Shown here: positions 38,259 to 48,302 of the stretch, piece after piece
Position numbering within the stretch: position 1 is the first letter of the stretch
Layout of the letters: each line of letters begins with the position of its first letter
Assembly (NCBI GenBank): GCA_963665665.1
Contig: OY762428.1
Span: forward strand, 256,001-320,000
Reading direction: 5' to 3'
DNA from: Candidatus Kapaibacterium sp.
Lineage (GTDB): Bacteria; Bacteroidota; Ignavibacteria; Kapaibacteriales; UBA2268
DNA length: 64,000 bases
Notes under the pieces: model-generated
What the model was told of the DNA's origin: nothing
Seen by the model: the letters and a program-made list of their open reading frames with translations, nothing else
Database searches by the model: none
Position numbers and translations under genes: made by a program

Positions 38259-38345
38259 CGGAGAAGGTGGGATTCGAACCCACGGTACCCCGAAAGGCAC
38301 AACGGTTTTCGAGACCGCCCCGTTCAACCACTCCGGCACCTCTCC
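38259..38345 (-). tRNA. tRNA-Ser(CGA)
   Basis: Minus strand GGAGAGGTGCCGGAGTGGTTGAACGGGGCGGT-CTCGAAA-ACCGT, long variable arm, GGTTCGAATCC, G discriminator. Confidence 0.97.
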
Positions 38346-38408
38346 GTAAAAAGAACGAATACAAATATAAAAGTTTTTCAGCTAAGAATAAAATTAATAA
38401 GGCTGATT

Positions 38409-39452
38409 TTAATCTTCCATGCTTTCGAACAGGTAAATATAGCTTTCGTAGCGCCCCTCGTCGATCAGGCCATCCACGAAAGCCTGCTGAACAAGGCATC
38501 CCGGCTCATGGATATGGGAGCAGCTTGGATATTTACAGTTTAGCCTATATTCGTCAAATTCGTGAAAATACAGGGCGAGCTCAGATTTTTCCACTCCCCA
38601 AAGGCCAAACTCACGGATACCTGGCGTGTCTATAATAGATGTTCCTCCCGGCATTCTGAACATTTTCACATAGCTTGTGGTGTGGCAACCCTTGCCGGTA
38701 CGCTCGCTTATTTCTTTGACAGCCTGAACTTCTCCGCCAAGAATCCTGTTTAGAAGGGTTGATTTGCCTACCCCGGACTGGCCGGCAAATATCGTTCTTT
38801 TTCCTTCCAGATAATCTTGTATAGTTTCAATATTTAAATTCTCTTTGGCGCTGATAAAGAAAACATCAATACCAAGTGAATCATATACTTCAAACTGCTC
38901 GTAAAAGATATCGTCATCAACGAGGTCGCATTTATTTACACAAAGAGCTGCAGGGATTCCCCCAATTTCAGCTGCAACCAGGAAACGATCGATCAGGCGA
39001 CGATTAAAATCCGGTGTTATCATGGAGGATGTTATTAACAACTGGTCGGCATTAGAAGCAATTACATGCTCGTAGGGCCTCTTCCCCGCTGCCCTTCTCG
39101 ACAAACTGTTTTTTCTTTCATAAACTTTAACTATAACCCCTGACGGAATATCAGATTCTCCGTCAGATCCGGATTCGATATAAGCTACTTCGTCGCCAAC
39201 CGCAATGATTGTCGTATCCTGATGGGGAGTTACGATTGTTCCACCGGGAGAGCACTCAATAATATTGGCTTCATTATCCGAATCCGACTCAGTGGGCCCG
39301 ACAAGATACACACGGCCAATCGATGATATAACTACTCCCTTTTTATACCCGTCAGGAAGTTCACCATCTTTTTTTATCAGAGTTCTCCGCTGTGAACGCG
39401 TAGTCCTTATCGGAGTTTGTTTCCTTTGGAAAGTTTCTTTCTTTTTCGCCAT
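38409..39452 (-). CDS. rsgA: Ribosome small subunit-dependent GTPase A
   Basis: Circularly permuted NKCD, GQSGVGKS, DTPGIREF; CKYPSCSHIHEPGC zinc finger. Confidence 0.96.
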   Translation of the reverse strand: MAKKKETFQRKQTPIRTTRSQRRTLIKKDGELPDGYKKGVVISSIGRVYLVGPTESDSDNEANIIECSPGGTIVTPHQDTTIIAVGDEVAYIESGSDGESDIPSGVIVKVYERKNSLSRRAAGKRPYEHVIASNADQLLITSSMITPDFNRRLIDRFLVAAEIGGIPAALCVNKCDLVDDDIFYEQFEVYDSLGIDVFFISAKENLNIETIQDYLEGKRTIFAGQSGVGKSTLLNRILGGEVQAVKEISERTGKGCHTTSYVKMFRMPGGTSIIDTPGIREFGLWGVEKSELALYFHEFDEYRLNCKYPSCSHIHEPGCLVQQAFVDGLIDEGRYESYIYLFESMED

Positions 39453-39688
39453 TAAAACTCGTTATAATACAAGTTATTTAAATCTGTCATTTCAATACAA
39501 TTATAAAAATAACAAATTATAAGGAAATTTTTTAAGTATCACATTAAAACCTGCATCTATGAATAAAACAAGGCTTTAAACAAAAAAAATACCAATTATT
39601 TAATCATAAAGTTCAAACAGTGTGAAAAAAAACATATAGTGTCAAGTTTTTTTCACACTTTTTCTTTGATGAATCAGCATTTTTTTCG

Positions 39689-39696
39689 TATGTTTG
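39689..39696 (+). promoter_or_regulatory. -7 promoter box upstream of recJ
   Basis: TATGTTTG about 30 nt before the TTG start, with TTTG at 39665-39668. Confidence 0.5.
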
Positions 39697-39727
39697 TCTC
39701 AGTTAGTTTAAGTAAATAGGTTTTAAG

Positions 39728-41431
39728 TTGAATTATCGTTGGACGTTCAGAAAAACAAAAGATGATGATACAATACACAAATTAGCCAAGACACTGAAGA
39801 TCCCCAAAACGCTTGCGCATGTATTATCCGCAAGGGGGGTTGACACCGTGGAAGACGCGGTCAAGTTCTTTCATCCGGGAATACGTGATTTATACGATCC
39901 CTTCAGGCTGAAGAACATGGAAAAAGCAGTTGACAGAATTCTGAAAGCGATTGAGAATGAAGAAATTATCTGGATACATGGTGACTACGACGTGGATGGT
40001 ACTGCAAGCACCTCCATGGTTATGCTGTTTCTTAAGGAAATAGGAGCAAAAGTAGACTACTATATTCCGGATCGCTTTGACGAAGGCTACGGCTTATCTG
40101 TAAAAAGTATCTCAGAAGCCCAGAGAAGGGGCGCCAGTCTCATCTTAACAGTTGACGTGGGAATTACATCCTACGTTGCTATCGATTATGCAAATAAGAC
40201 GAAAGTAGATTGTATAATTTGCGATCACCATGAACCCGGAGAAAAGATTCCGGATGTTTTTGCTATTGTTGACCCATTACAGCCCGGATGCGATTATCCT
40301 TTCAATCATCTGGCTGCCTGCGGGGTGGCATTCAAATTAATTCAGGCGCTAAGTATAAAGCTTGGAGTACCGGATAAGCCATATTCTTATCTGGATTTTG
40401 TTGCTATTGCCTCTGCTGCCGATATGGTACCGCTTGTTGATGAAAACAGGGTACTCGTTCACTTCGGCCTTAAGCAACTTAATCATTCACCAAGGCCCGG
40501 ACTTAAGGGGCTGATAGAGTGTACTAATTTGAAGCTCGGCCAGATAGCTACTTCAAATATTATATACGCCCTGGCTCCACTTATTAATGCCGCCGGGAGA
40601 ATGGGCGATGCCCTTCGGTCGGTTGACATGATGACGCAGAAGAATGAAATTCAGGCTTTCAGGATAGCACAGCAGCTTGAACAGGAAAACCGCCGCCGCC
40701 GTGTTTATGATGAGCAGACATTCGAAGAATCTATTCCACTGGCAAAAATTCAGATCAAAGATTTCGACAGACGATCGCTTGTATTGCATCAGCCTCACTG
40801 GCATGCCGGGATTATTGGTATTGTTGCATCACGTCTCGTGGATAAATTTAATTTGCCGACCGTTCTGCTGACAACAATCGACGGAATGGCAAAAGGTTCG
40901 GCAAGAAGTATCAACAATTTTGATATCCATTCCGCTTTGAAGAAATGTTCCGAGTTTCTTATAGAATTCGGCGGGCATAAGCACGCTGCGGGACTTTCCT
41001 TGCCCGAAGAGAATATCGAGCCTTTCCGCGAGAAATTTGATAAGCTCGCAAGGGAAAATATTACAAAGGAAATGTTGGTACCCGAAATCCTGATTGACGC
41101 AGAATTGAAATTGAATCAACTATCGCCGGGATTTTTGTCATACCTGAACAAATTTGCACCTTACGGGTTTGAAAACAATAAACCGATATTTTTCTCCAGG
41201 GGAGTAACTTCAGCCAACGGGGTAAAAATTGTCGGTAACAGCAACCTTAAATTCAGGGCCTTCCAGTCAAACTTTGTAATTGATGCGATAGGTTACGGCC
41301 TTGCAGATAAGTTGAAATATTGTTCCGGCGGGAAATCGTTCTCGATTGTTTATAATCTTGAAATTAATACTTTTAACGGTCAGCGGACGCCTCAGCTTTG
41401 TATAAAAGATATCCGGCCTGACGTTTACTAA
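39728..41431 (+). CDS. recJ: ssDNA-specific exonuclease RecJ
   Basis: GDYDVDG, TVDVG, CDHH, NAAGR, GSARS, FGGHKHAAG motifs. Confidence 0.97.
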   Translation: MNYRWTFRKTKDDDTIHKLAKTLKIPKTLAHVLSARGVDTVEDAVKFFHPGIRDLYDPFRLKNMEKAVDRILKAIENEEIIWIHGDYDVDGTASTSMVMLFLKEIGAKVDYYIPDRFDEGYGLSVKSISEAQRRGASLILTVDVGITSYVAIDYANKTKVDCIICDHHEPGEKIPDVFAIVDPLQPGCDYPFNHLAACGVAFKLIQALSIKLGVPDKPYSYLDFVAIASAADMVPLVDENRVLVHFGLKQLNHSPRPGLKGLIECTNLKLGQIATSNIIYALAPLINAAGRMGDALRSVDMMTQKNEIQAFRIAQQLEQENRRRRVYDEQTFEESIPLAKIQIKDFDRRSLVLHQPHWHAGIIGIVASRLVDKFNLPTVLLTTIDGMAKGSARSINNFDIHSALKKCSEFLIEFGGHKHAAGLSLPEENIEPFREKFDKLARENITKEMLVPEILIDAELKLNQLSPGFLSYLNKFAPYGFENNKPIFFSRGVTSANGVKIVGNSNLKFRAFQSNFVIDAIGYGLADKLKYCSGGKSFSIVYNLEINTFNGQRTPQLCIKDIRPDVY

Positions 41432-41451
41432 GCTGAAAATATTGAAATATC

Positions 41452-41489
41452 AGGCTTGCGCGGTTCAAACTGCTCAGGCCTTTTTTTTT
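41452..41489 (+). terminator. Terminator after recJ
   Basis: aggcttg...caggcct stem followed by a T-run. Confidence 0.65.
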
Positions 41490-44400
41490 GGTGATATTAT
41501 TGGAGAAGAAAGTGATAACCCCCGAATCAGCGGATTATTTTTATAAAGAGCTGGAAAATATTATACAGTCAGCAAGTTTTGATAAAAACTCAGCGCTTCA
41601 ATTAAAAGAGCTTCTCAGGCAGATTATTAACAAATCCGTTGATGATGAGATTCAATATTTCTCATCATTCTATGCCCGCCTCGTATATGTGCTTGACAGG
41701 TTTGAAATTCCAAAAGAAACATCCAATGCAATAATTCATCTTCGAAAAAGGAGCCGTATTGTCAGCAGGCTGAAAGAATCCGACATAAAGAAAGCTGATA
41801 TTATTCGGGGGATTACAGTACTATCACTTTTGCTTTCCGGTATTTCCGGTATTGAAATTCCCGGAAAAATAAAAAAATACATATCCGACAGAGTAGAATT
41901 CCAGGCTTTGGATTACGAAAAAAAGCAAACTAAAATCAATAAGCTAAGAGGTATAATCAGCCATAAGTACAAAAAGGAAGATAAGTTAATTACCGTGTTC
42001 AGTTCTGAAGAAACAGGGCCGGCGATATTAAAACTGAAAGGTATATGGAGCAACTCGGAAAACCTGCTTATGAAATTATCAACCATTAACCTGGTTGATG
42101 TTGATTTTATTCCGGGAAATCCACCTGAAATAATTGTTGGGCATGATTCATTGCTTATCCTTGAACCTGATTTCCTTCTTGATGTAACAGATATTGCCGA
42201 ATGCTTTACCGGAAACGGATTCAACGTTATGCTTTATTTCCTGAAAAAGTTCTCCGAATGGTCAACAGGACTCCCGCTGCTTCTCGGAAACATGGTAAAT
42301 ACATGTTTCGACAGATTACTTGAAGACCCAGATACAGATCCTAACCTGATTTATGAAGAAGCCTTAAAATCACGTCCGCTTCAGCTATTTGCCGTAGCAA
42401 CAAGAGACAGGGCTGCACTTAAAATGCTGAAACCATCATTTATAAAGCATTATAATTCACTGAAAAACGTTCTTTCCGAAACCGGACTGATTAAGCAAAA
42501 CGAATTACTTAGCGTCGAACCCTCCTTTATATCTCCTCTATTCGGAATTCAGGGACGCCTGGACCTTCTAATTGAATATCCTGAGGACAGAAGCAGAAAA
42601 GATATTATTGAATTAAAATCTGGCAGGGCTCCTTCAACTGACCTGAGTGCGGCATTGCCAAACGGCACAAGAATTACTACTGGTATCTGGCCTAATAATA
42701 TGGCTCAGACAACATGTTACAACCTGCTTTTGGATTCCTCTTTCGAAAACCGAACCGGTAGTTCCCAAATACTTTATTCTAAAGACGATGCTCATCCATT
42801 AAGAAACGCCCCGAATATTCAGGGAAAAAAGGCAGAAGTGATGAATTGCAGAAACTGGATAATTGCTTATGAGAAATCCATGCTGACTGGTTTCCACCAA
42901 CTTCTGAACGGATTAAGTTCCTCCGGATTCGGCTACAGACCCTCCTATGTGGAACGCGACATTGCAGAATTTCAAAGATATTACTCAGGAGCATCCGAAC
43001 TCGTCAGGGATTATTTCCATTCCTTTATATCATTTATTCTCCGGGAACTTTTTCATGAGAAGACGGGATCAACAGACGATAACCGGCGCGGATGCCACTC
43101 TTCTCTATGGCTTGACAGCCCTGAAGACAAAAAATTGAATTTCTCTATTATATCGGGGCTTGTTATCGACCACGAAAAGTCTGATTTCAAACAAATGCAC
43201 CTGATAATGACTACCGATCCGGATAATATTCAAAACTCTTCTTTCCGCAACGGGGACATATTTATATTATATCCCCAATCCGAAAAATCAGGCCCGGAAA
43301 ACAACCAGTTGATAAAGGGTGCCATAAAGAATATTGGTTACGATTATATTGAACTTACTCTAAGGAACAAACTTGTTAACCGCCGCCACCTTGAAAGTTT
43401 TGAATCATGGATTCTCGAACCGGATCATATTGATATAACAAATAAAAAATTATTCCAGTCGCTTTTCCAATTATTGAAATGCCCGGTTGAAAAGCAGGAA
43501 ATATTATTGGGAATACGGGAACCCAATGTTAGTTTGAAATCAGGTGACCTGATTGATTTCCCTCTTCCGGATGAACTGAACGATGTTCAGAAAGAACTAA
43601 TATTAAAAGCTATTAACGCTGAAGATTACTTCCTTTTGCAGGGGCCTCCCGGAACCGGAAAAACATCATATATGTTGAAGAATATTATCAAAATATTATT
43701 TGAATCAGGGCCGGCAAATATTCTTCTGCTTGCTTATACAAACAGGGCTGTTGACGAGATATGCTCAACACTTCTCAAGATTGACAACGATTTCCCTTTT
43801 ATTCGTCTTGGTTCAAGAGAGTCGTCTGTTCATAAGGACAAGCTAATTCCAAACCTTGTTGACCAATTGAGTATGAACGAAATATATAGCAAAGTTCTCG
43901 ATACGAGAGTTTTTGTAAGTACTGTTTCTTCTGTGATCACAACTCCTGAAATTTTCGAAATAAAGGAATTTGACATCGCCATTCTGGACGAAGCATCCCA
44001 GGTACTTGAACCGCAAATAACCGGAATTCTTTCCAAAGTGGATAAATTCATACTAATAGGGGATGAAAAACAACTACCGGCAGTAGTTACACAACCTGAA
44101 ACAGCAAGTAGCTGTGAAAATGATGAACTGAAAAAAATAAATATCACAGATTTCAGAAATTCATTTTTCGAACGCCTTATTGGATGCTGCATTCAAAACA
44201 ACTGGGATCAGGCCTATGGTATGCTTAGTTACCAGGGAAGAATGCATGAAGATATACAGGAATTTCCAAACAAATTTTTCTACGCAAACAAGCTGAAGAT
44301 ATTTCCTGATATGGCCTGGCAGACAGAATCGGATAATTTATTTGCCTCAGATTCGGATTACGGCCTGGAAAAACAACTTTCCTCCTCCAGACTAGTATTT

Positions 44401-44868
44401 ATTGATTCTGACAAATGTGCAACATTAAAAACCGACAGCTTCGAAGCAGATAAAGTAATAGAAATTATTAACCTGATTTACGAGAAAGAGGGTGAGACAT
44501 TTTCCACCGAAAGTGTTGGAGTTATTAGCCCCTTTCGTGCCCAATGTGCGGAAATTAACCGAAAGCTGCCGGTAAAATTAAAGGATATGGTATCTGTTGA
44601 TACCGTGGAACGTTTCCAGGGTTCTGAAAGAAAATGTATAATTATGTCATGTGCAGTAAATCATGAATATTTGCTGAAAAGTATTGCTGCCACTGCAAAT
44701 ATCAACGGTATTGAAATTGACCGTAAGCTAAATGTAGCGCTTACCAGGGCGAAGGAAAGAATTATTATTCTTGGAAATTCAAAATATCTTGAACGCCTTC
44801 CCTCCTACCGCAATCTGATTGATTTCATCAGGGATAAGGGAGGCTACATCATGGATTATTTTGGTTGA
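41488..44868 (+). CDS. Dna2-like PD-(D/E)XK nuclease fused to an SF1 (Upf1-like) helicase
   Basis: GRLDLL...IIELKSG and QTTCY nuclease motifs; GPPGTGKT, DEASQ, GDEKQLP, VISPFRAQ, TVERFQGSE, LNVALTRAK helicase motifs; start uncertain (GTG at 41491 or 41512). Confidence 0.85.
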   Translation: MVILLEKKVITPESADYFYKELENIIQSASFDKNSALQLKELLRQIINKSVDDEIQYFSSFYARLVYVLDRFEIPKETSNAIIHLRKRSRIVSRLKESDIKKADIIRGITVLSLLLSGISGIEIPGKIKKYISDRVEFQALDYEKKQTKINKLRGIISHKYKKEDKLITVFSSEETGPAILKLKGIWSNSENLLMKLSTINLVDVDFIPGNPPEIIVGHDSLLILEPDFLLDVTDIAECFTGNGFNVMLYFLKKFSEWSTGLPLLLGNMVNTCFDRLLEDPDTDPNLIYEEALKSRPLQLFAVATRDRAALKMLKPSFIKHYNSLKNVLSETGLIKQNELLSVEPSFISPLFGIQGRLDLLIEYPEDRSRKDIIELKSGRAPSTDLSAALPNGTRITTGIWPNNMAQTTCYNLLLDSSFENRTGSSQILYSKDDAHPLRNAPNIQGKKAEVMNCRNWIIAYEKSMLTGFHQLLNGLSSSGFGYRPSYVERDIAEFQRYYSGASELVRDYFHSFISFILRELFHEKTGSTDDNRRGCHSSLWLDSPEDKKLNFSIISGLVIDHEKSDFKQMHLIMTTDPDNIQNSSFRNGDIFILYPQSEKSGPENNQLIKGAIKNIGYDYIELTLRNKLVNRRHLESFESWILEPDHIDITNKKLFQSLFQLLKCPVEKQEILLGIREPNVSLKSGDLIDFPLPDELNDVQKELILKAINAEDYFLLQGPPGTGKTSYMLKNIIKILFESGPANILLLAYTNRAVDEICSTLLKIDNDFPFIRLGSRESSVHKDKLIPNLVDQLSMNEIYSKVLDTRVFVSTVSSVITTPEIFEIKEFDIAILDEASQVLEPQITGILSKVDKFILIGDEKQLPAVVTQPETASSCENDELKKINITDFRNSFFERLIGCCIQNNWDQAYGMLSYQGRMHEDIQEFPNKFFYANKLKIFPDMAWQTESDNLFASDSDYGLEKQLSSSRLVFIDSDKCATLKTDSFEADKVIEIINLIYEKEGETFSTESVGVISPFRAQCAEINRKLPVKLKDMVSVDTVERFQGSERKCIIMSCAVNHEYLLKSIAATANINGIEIDRKLNVALTRAKERIIILGNSKYLERLPSYRNLIDFIRDKGGYIMDYFG

Positions 44869-44879
44869 GGATAGTTGTT

Positions 44880-45974
44880 TCAAAACCATCCTGATATGAT
44901 ACCTCCGCCAACAAGGTCATTGCCTTCGTACATAACAAGGGACTGGCCGGGAGTAATTGCTCTCTGACTTTCGGCAAACCTGACAATAAGCCTGCCTTCA
45001 TCATCAATTTTACATTTCCCCTGATGCCCCGGATCATTATACCTGATTTTTACGGTAAATTCTCTTTCTTCTGAAAGATCAGAATACTTGATAATATTAG
45101 GACTTTCTGCAATTACACCAATATGTGATAATTCCTGATTACGCCCTATTTTAACAATATTTTCCGCCGGGATAATCTCTTTCACATACAATGGTTCTTT
45201 GTATGTTACTCCCAGGCCCTTTCTTTGACCGATTGTATAGAAAGGAAACCCCTTGTGTTCTCCAATCTTCTGATTTCCAAACAATATATCTCCCGGCCCG
45301 ACAAGCTCTTCAATATTTGATACAGCTTCGCGCATAAATCTGTGATAATCATTATCAGGAATAAAGCATACTTCCTGAGATTCCGGTTTGTCTTTAACAA
45401 TCAGGTTAAACTCATCGGCCAATTCTCTGGTCTGAATTTTTGTCAGTCCTGATAATGGAAACAGGGTTCTGGCAATTTGCTCCTGGGCCATCCCCCAGAG
45501 GACATAAGATTGATCTTTTGAGCCGTCAGTACCTTTTGAAATAACCCAACGGCCGGTACTTTCATCAAGCCTGTTACTGATGTAATGGCCGGTTGCAACA
45601 TAGTAAGCATTCTCTTCATCGGCAATTCTAAGCATTTCTCCCCATTTTAATAATGGGTTGCACCTTGTACATGGATTAGGGGTCCGCCCTTTCATGTATT
45701 CATCAATAAAATAATTAATAATTTCATTTTTAAACAGATCAGCGCTCGTAATAACTCTGTGTTCTATCCCAATTGACCTGCAAACTTCAGCGGCATCATT
45801 AACATGCTGATCTAATGATGCTTTCTTGCTTTCCCCGGTTTTATTTACTTCCTTTTCATCAAAGAAGCGAAATGTTACCCCGATTACTTCAAAGCCCTGC
45901 CGGTTCAGGGCAGCTGCTGCTACTGATGAATCAACTCCTCCGGACATTCCGAGTATTACTTTATTCTTTTTCAT
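44880..45974 (-). CDS. mnmA: tRNA 2-thiouridylase
   Basis: MSGGVDS, TPNPCTRCN, ATGHY, KDQSY, ESQEVCF, TPGQ motifs. Confidence 0.97.
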   Translation of the reverse strand: MKKNKVILGMSGGVDSSVAAAALNRQGFEVIGVTFRFFDEKEVNKTGESKKASLDQHVNDAAEVCRSIGIEHRVITSADLFKNEIINYFIDEYMKGRTPNPCTRCNPLLKWGEMLRIADEENAYYVATGHYISNRLDESTGRWVISKGTDGSKDQSYVLWGMAQEQIARTLFPLSGLTKIQTRELADEFNLIVKDKPESQEVCFIPDNDYHRFMREAVSNIEELVGPGDILFGNQKIGEHKGFPFYTIGQRKGLGVTYKEPLYVKEIIPAENIVKIGRNQELSHIGVIAESPNIIKYSDLSEEREFTVKIRYNDPGHQGKCKIDDEGRLIVRFAESQRAITPGQSLVMYEGNDLVGGGIISGWF

Positions 45975-46161
45975 ATATATCAATATCTTTTTTAAATTAC
46001 AATTTTAAGATTAGCAATATAAGCAGTATTTTTTGTTAAGGCTAAAAAAATATTTATATGATAAATTGTTAAATTGCATTTTGTAAGAAAAATATTTTCT
46101 GATAAATCAAATAAAATTTTCCACATCTAAAAGATTTCTATGACATTTAGATAATAATTAC

Positions 46162-46169
46162 TATCTTTG
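46162..46169 (+). promoter_or_regulatory. -7 promoter box upstream of rpmB
   Basis: TATCTTTG in AT-rich intergenic DNA. Confidence 0.5.
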
Positions 46170-46282
46170 TAATCGGTTAATTTAACTATTACGATAATGT
46201 GTTTTGACATCTATTTTAAATTAACCGTTTGAAAATGAAAGACAGATAATAATTTGTAATATTCTAATATTCGAGGATTGAT

Positions 46283-46516
46283 ATGGCACGCAGATGTCAG
46301 TTGACAGGAAAAGGGCCGATGGTAGGAAACAATGTTTCTCATGCCCACAACAAGACGAAAAGGCGCTTTCTTCCTAATCTCCAGACAAAAAGAATCTGGC
46401 TTCCGGAAGAAAAGAAATGGATCAGAGTAAAACTTACAACAAGGGCACTCAGGACTCTTGATAAAAAAGGTTCCGGCGAGCTTTATAAAGAACTCAGAAA
46501 ACTCGCAGCCAAATAA
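46283..46516 (+). CDS. rpmB: 50S ribosomal protein L28
   Basis: [10 protein letters not shown]...[20 protein letters not shown]. Confidence 0.98.
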   Translation: MARRCQLTGKGPMVGNNVSHAHNKTKRRFLPNLQTKRIWLPEEKKWIRVKLTTRALRTLDKKGSGELYKELRKLAAK

Positions 46517-46521
46517 TTTTG

Positions 46522-46548
46522 AAGCCCCGTTAAAGGGGCTTTTTTTTT
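46522..46548 (+). terminator. Intrinsic terminator after rpmB
   Basis: aagcccc-gttaaa-ggggcttttttttt. Confidence 0.85.
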
Positions 46549-46621
46549 GCCCGATATTCTTGCAATTCATATTATCTCTGATTATTTTGTTATAATCTGA
46601 ATTTACAGCAAAGATATCAGA

Positions 46622-47257
46622 ATGTATGAGCAGGAAAGAAGAAAATTAATACTGGGACTAAAGCAAAAAGGAATCAGGGACGAGAGGCTTCTCTCGGTAT
46701 TATCTGCTTTGCCCAGGGAGTTTTTCATTTCTGCAAATCTTAGAAAAAATGCTTATACAGACAATGCCCTGCCGATTGACTGCGGCCAGACTATATCACA
46801 GCCATACACAATAGCATACATGACTGAACTACTGAAAGTTGAACCCGGATCTAAAGTTTTGGAAATTGGTACCGGAAGCGGTTATCAGGCTGCTATTCTT
46901 CATCGATTGGGAGCCAGAGTTTATTCCGTTGAAAGAATTCCGCATTTATTCAATAGGGCAGTCAAACTTTTCAGAACTCTGGATATGGATATTTCCTGTT
47001 ATCTCGGTGACGGAACCGAAGGATTGAGTGAATTCTCACCTTACGACAGAATAATTGTGACGGCTGCAGCGCCTGATATACCTGCCCCCCTTATATCGCA
47101 ACTTGGCATTAACGGACGAATGGTTATTCCTGTTGGCGGCAAAGCCTGGCAATCGATGGTTTTGATTATTAAAACAGACAAAAATAGTTATAAAAGAATT
47201 GATTATGAATCTTTCCGCTTTGTGCCTCTTATTGGTTCCGAGGGTTGGGAAGAATGA
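46622..47257 (+). CDS. pcm: Protein-L-isoaspartate O-methyltransferase
   Basis: GQTISQPY, VLEIGTGSGYQAA, PYDRIIVTAA, FVPL motifs. Confidence 0.96.
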   Translation: MYEQERRKLILGLKQKGIRDERLLSVLSALPREFFISANLRKNAYTDNALPIDCGQTISQPYTIAYMTELLKVEPGSKVLEIGTGSGYQAAILHRLGARVYSVERIPHLFNRAVKLFRTLDMDISCYLGDGTEGLSEFSPYDRIIVTAAAPDIPAPLISQLGINGRMVIPVGGKAWQSMVLIIKTDKNSYKRIDYESFRFVPLIGSEGWEE

Positions 47258-47277
47258 TATTATCAATAATTGATTGA

Positions 47278-48231
47278 ATGCAAACGGAGACAAAATTGGA
47301 AGAAAAAATACCACTGATAGTAATTCTGGGACCTACAGCATCAGGCAAGACCGGATTATCAATTGAATTATCTGCCGGTATGGACATTGAAATAATATCA
47401 TCTGATTCCAGGCAATTATATAAATATTTGGATATTGGAACAGCTAAGCCCGAAAAACATGAGCTTAAAGCAGTAAAACATCATTTCATTGATATTCTTG
47501 AACCCGATGAATATTTCAGTGCCGGCATGTTTGGTGAACAGGCTGCGATTAAAGCAGCAGAGATTTATAAATCAGGTAAAATCCCGGTTTTAGTCGGTGG
47601 AAGCGGATTATATGTAAAAGCCCTATGCGAAGGATTTTTTGAGGAAACGGGTTACTCCCGCGAAGAACAACAGTCCGCGAGAAAAAGAGTTGAAATAATG
47701 ATTAACGGCCTTGGAAATGATGCTGCCTTCGATGAATTGAAAAAAGTGGATCCGGATTCCGCAGAGTTATATTCTGACAAAAATCCACGCAGAATCCTTC
47801 GTGCTCTGGAATATTATCAACTAACCGGCAAACCTTTCTCTAAGGCAAAGCAAAACATGAAAGAACCAGCCGTTAATCCAATTTATTTTGGTATAGAATG
47901 GGAAAGAGAAGCGCTGTATAAAAGGATCAATATGAGGACTGACCTGATGTGGCGCGGCGGTTTGGTAGATGAAACAAGAAAAGTGCTTGGAATGGGATTT
48001 TCACCGGAACTTAATTCCCTTAATACCGTTGGTTATAAAGAGGCAATAGCGTTTATTAACGGAGAAATGGGAACTTTTGAAGCTGTTGAAAAAATAAAAC
48101 AAAATACCAGACGATACGCTAAAAGGCAAATGACATGGTATCGGAGGTATAACAACATAGATTGGATTGATAATAAAAAAGAAAAACACCTGCATATTAT
48201 TGAAAAATGTATGAAATGTTTCGGGCTTTGA
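47278..48231 (+). CDS. miaA: tRNA dimethylallyltransferase
   Basis: GPTASGKT, DSRQLY, DIGTAKP, VGGSGLY, TRRYAKRQMTW motifs. Confidence 0.97.
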   Translation: MQTETKLEEKIPLIVILGPTASGKTGLSIELSAGMDIEIISSDSRQLYKYLDIGTAKPEKHELKAVKHHFIDILEPDEYFSAGMFGEQAAIKAAEIYKSGKIPVLVGGSGLYVKALCEGFFEETGYSREEQQSARKRVEIMINGLGNDAAFDELKKVDPDSAELYSDKNPRRILRALEYYQLTGKPFSKAKQNMKEPAVNPIYFGIEWEREALYKRINMRTDLMWRGGLVDETRKVLGMGFSPELNSLNTVGYKEAIAFINGEMGTFEAVEKIKQNTRRYAKRQMTWYRRYNNIDWIDNKKEKHLHIIEKCMKCFGL

Positions 48232-48302
48232 AGTGTTTATTTATATAATGGGGCAGCCTGCCTGGCAGGTTATGTTGGATTACTAAAAGAAATGGACTAA
48301 AA

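Noticed and set aside
34212-38345. Active integrative element or prophage at the tRNAs
   Set aside because: No integrase, transposase or phage gene, and no duplicated tRNA 3' end found
38251-38635. 82-aa and 122-aa ORFs
   Set aside because: They overlap tRNA-Ser and the end of rsgA; translations of tRNA sequence
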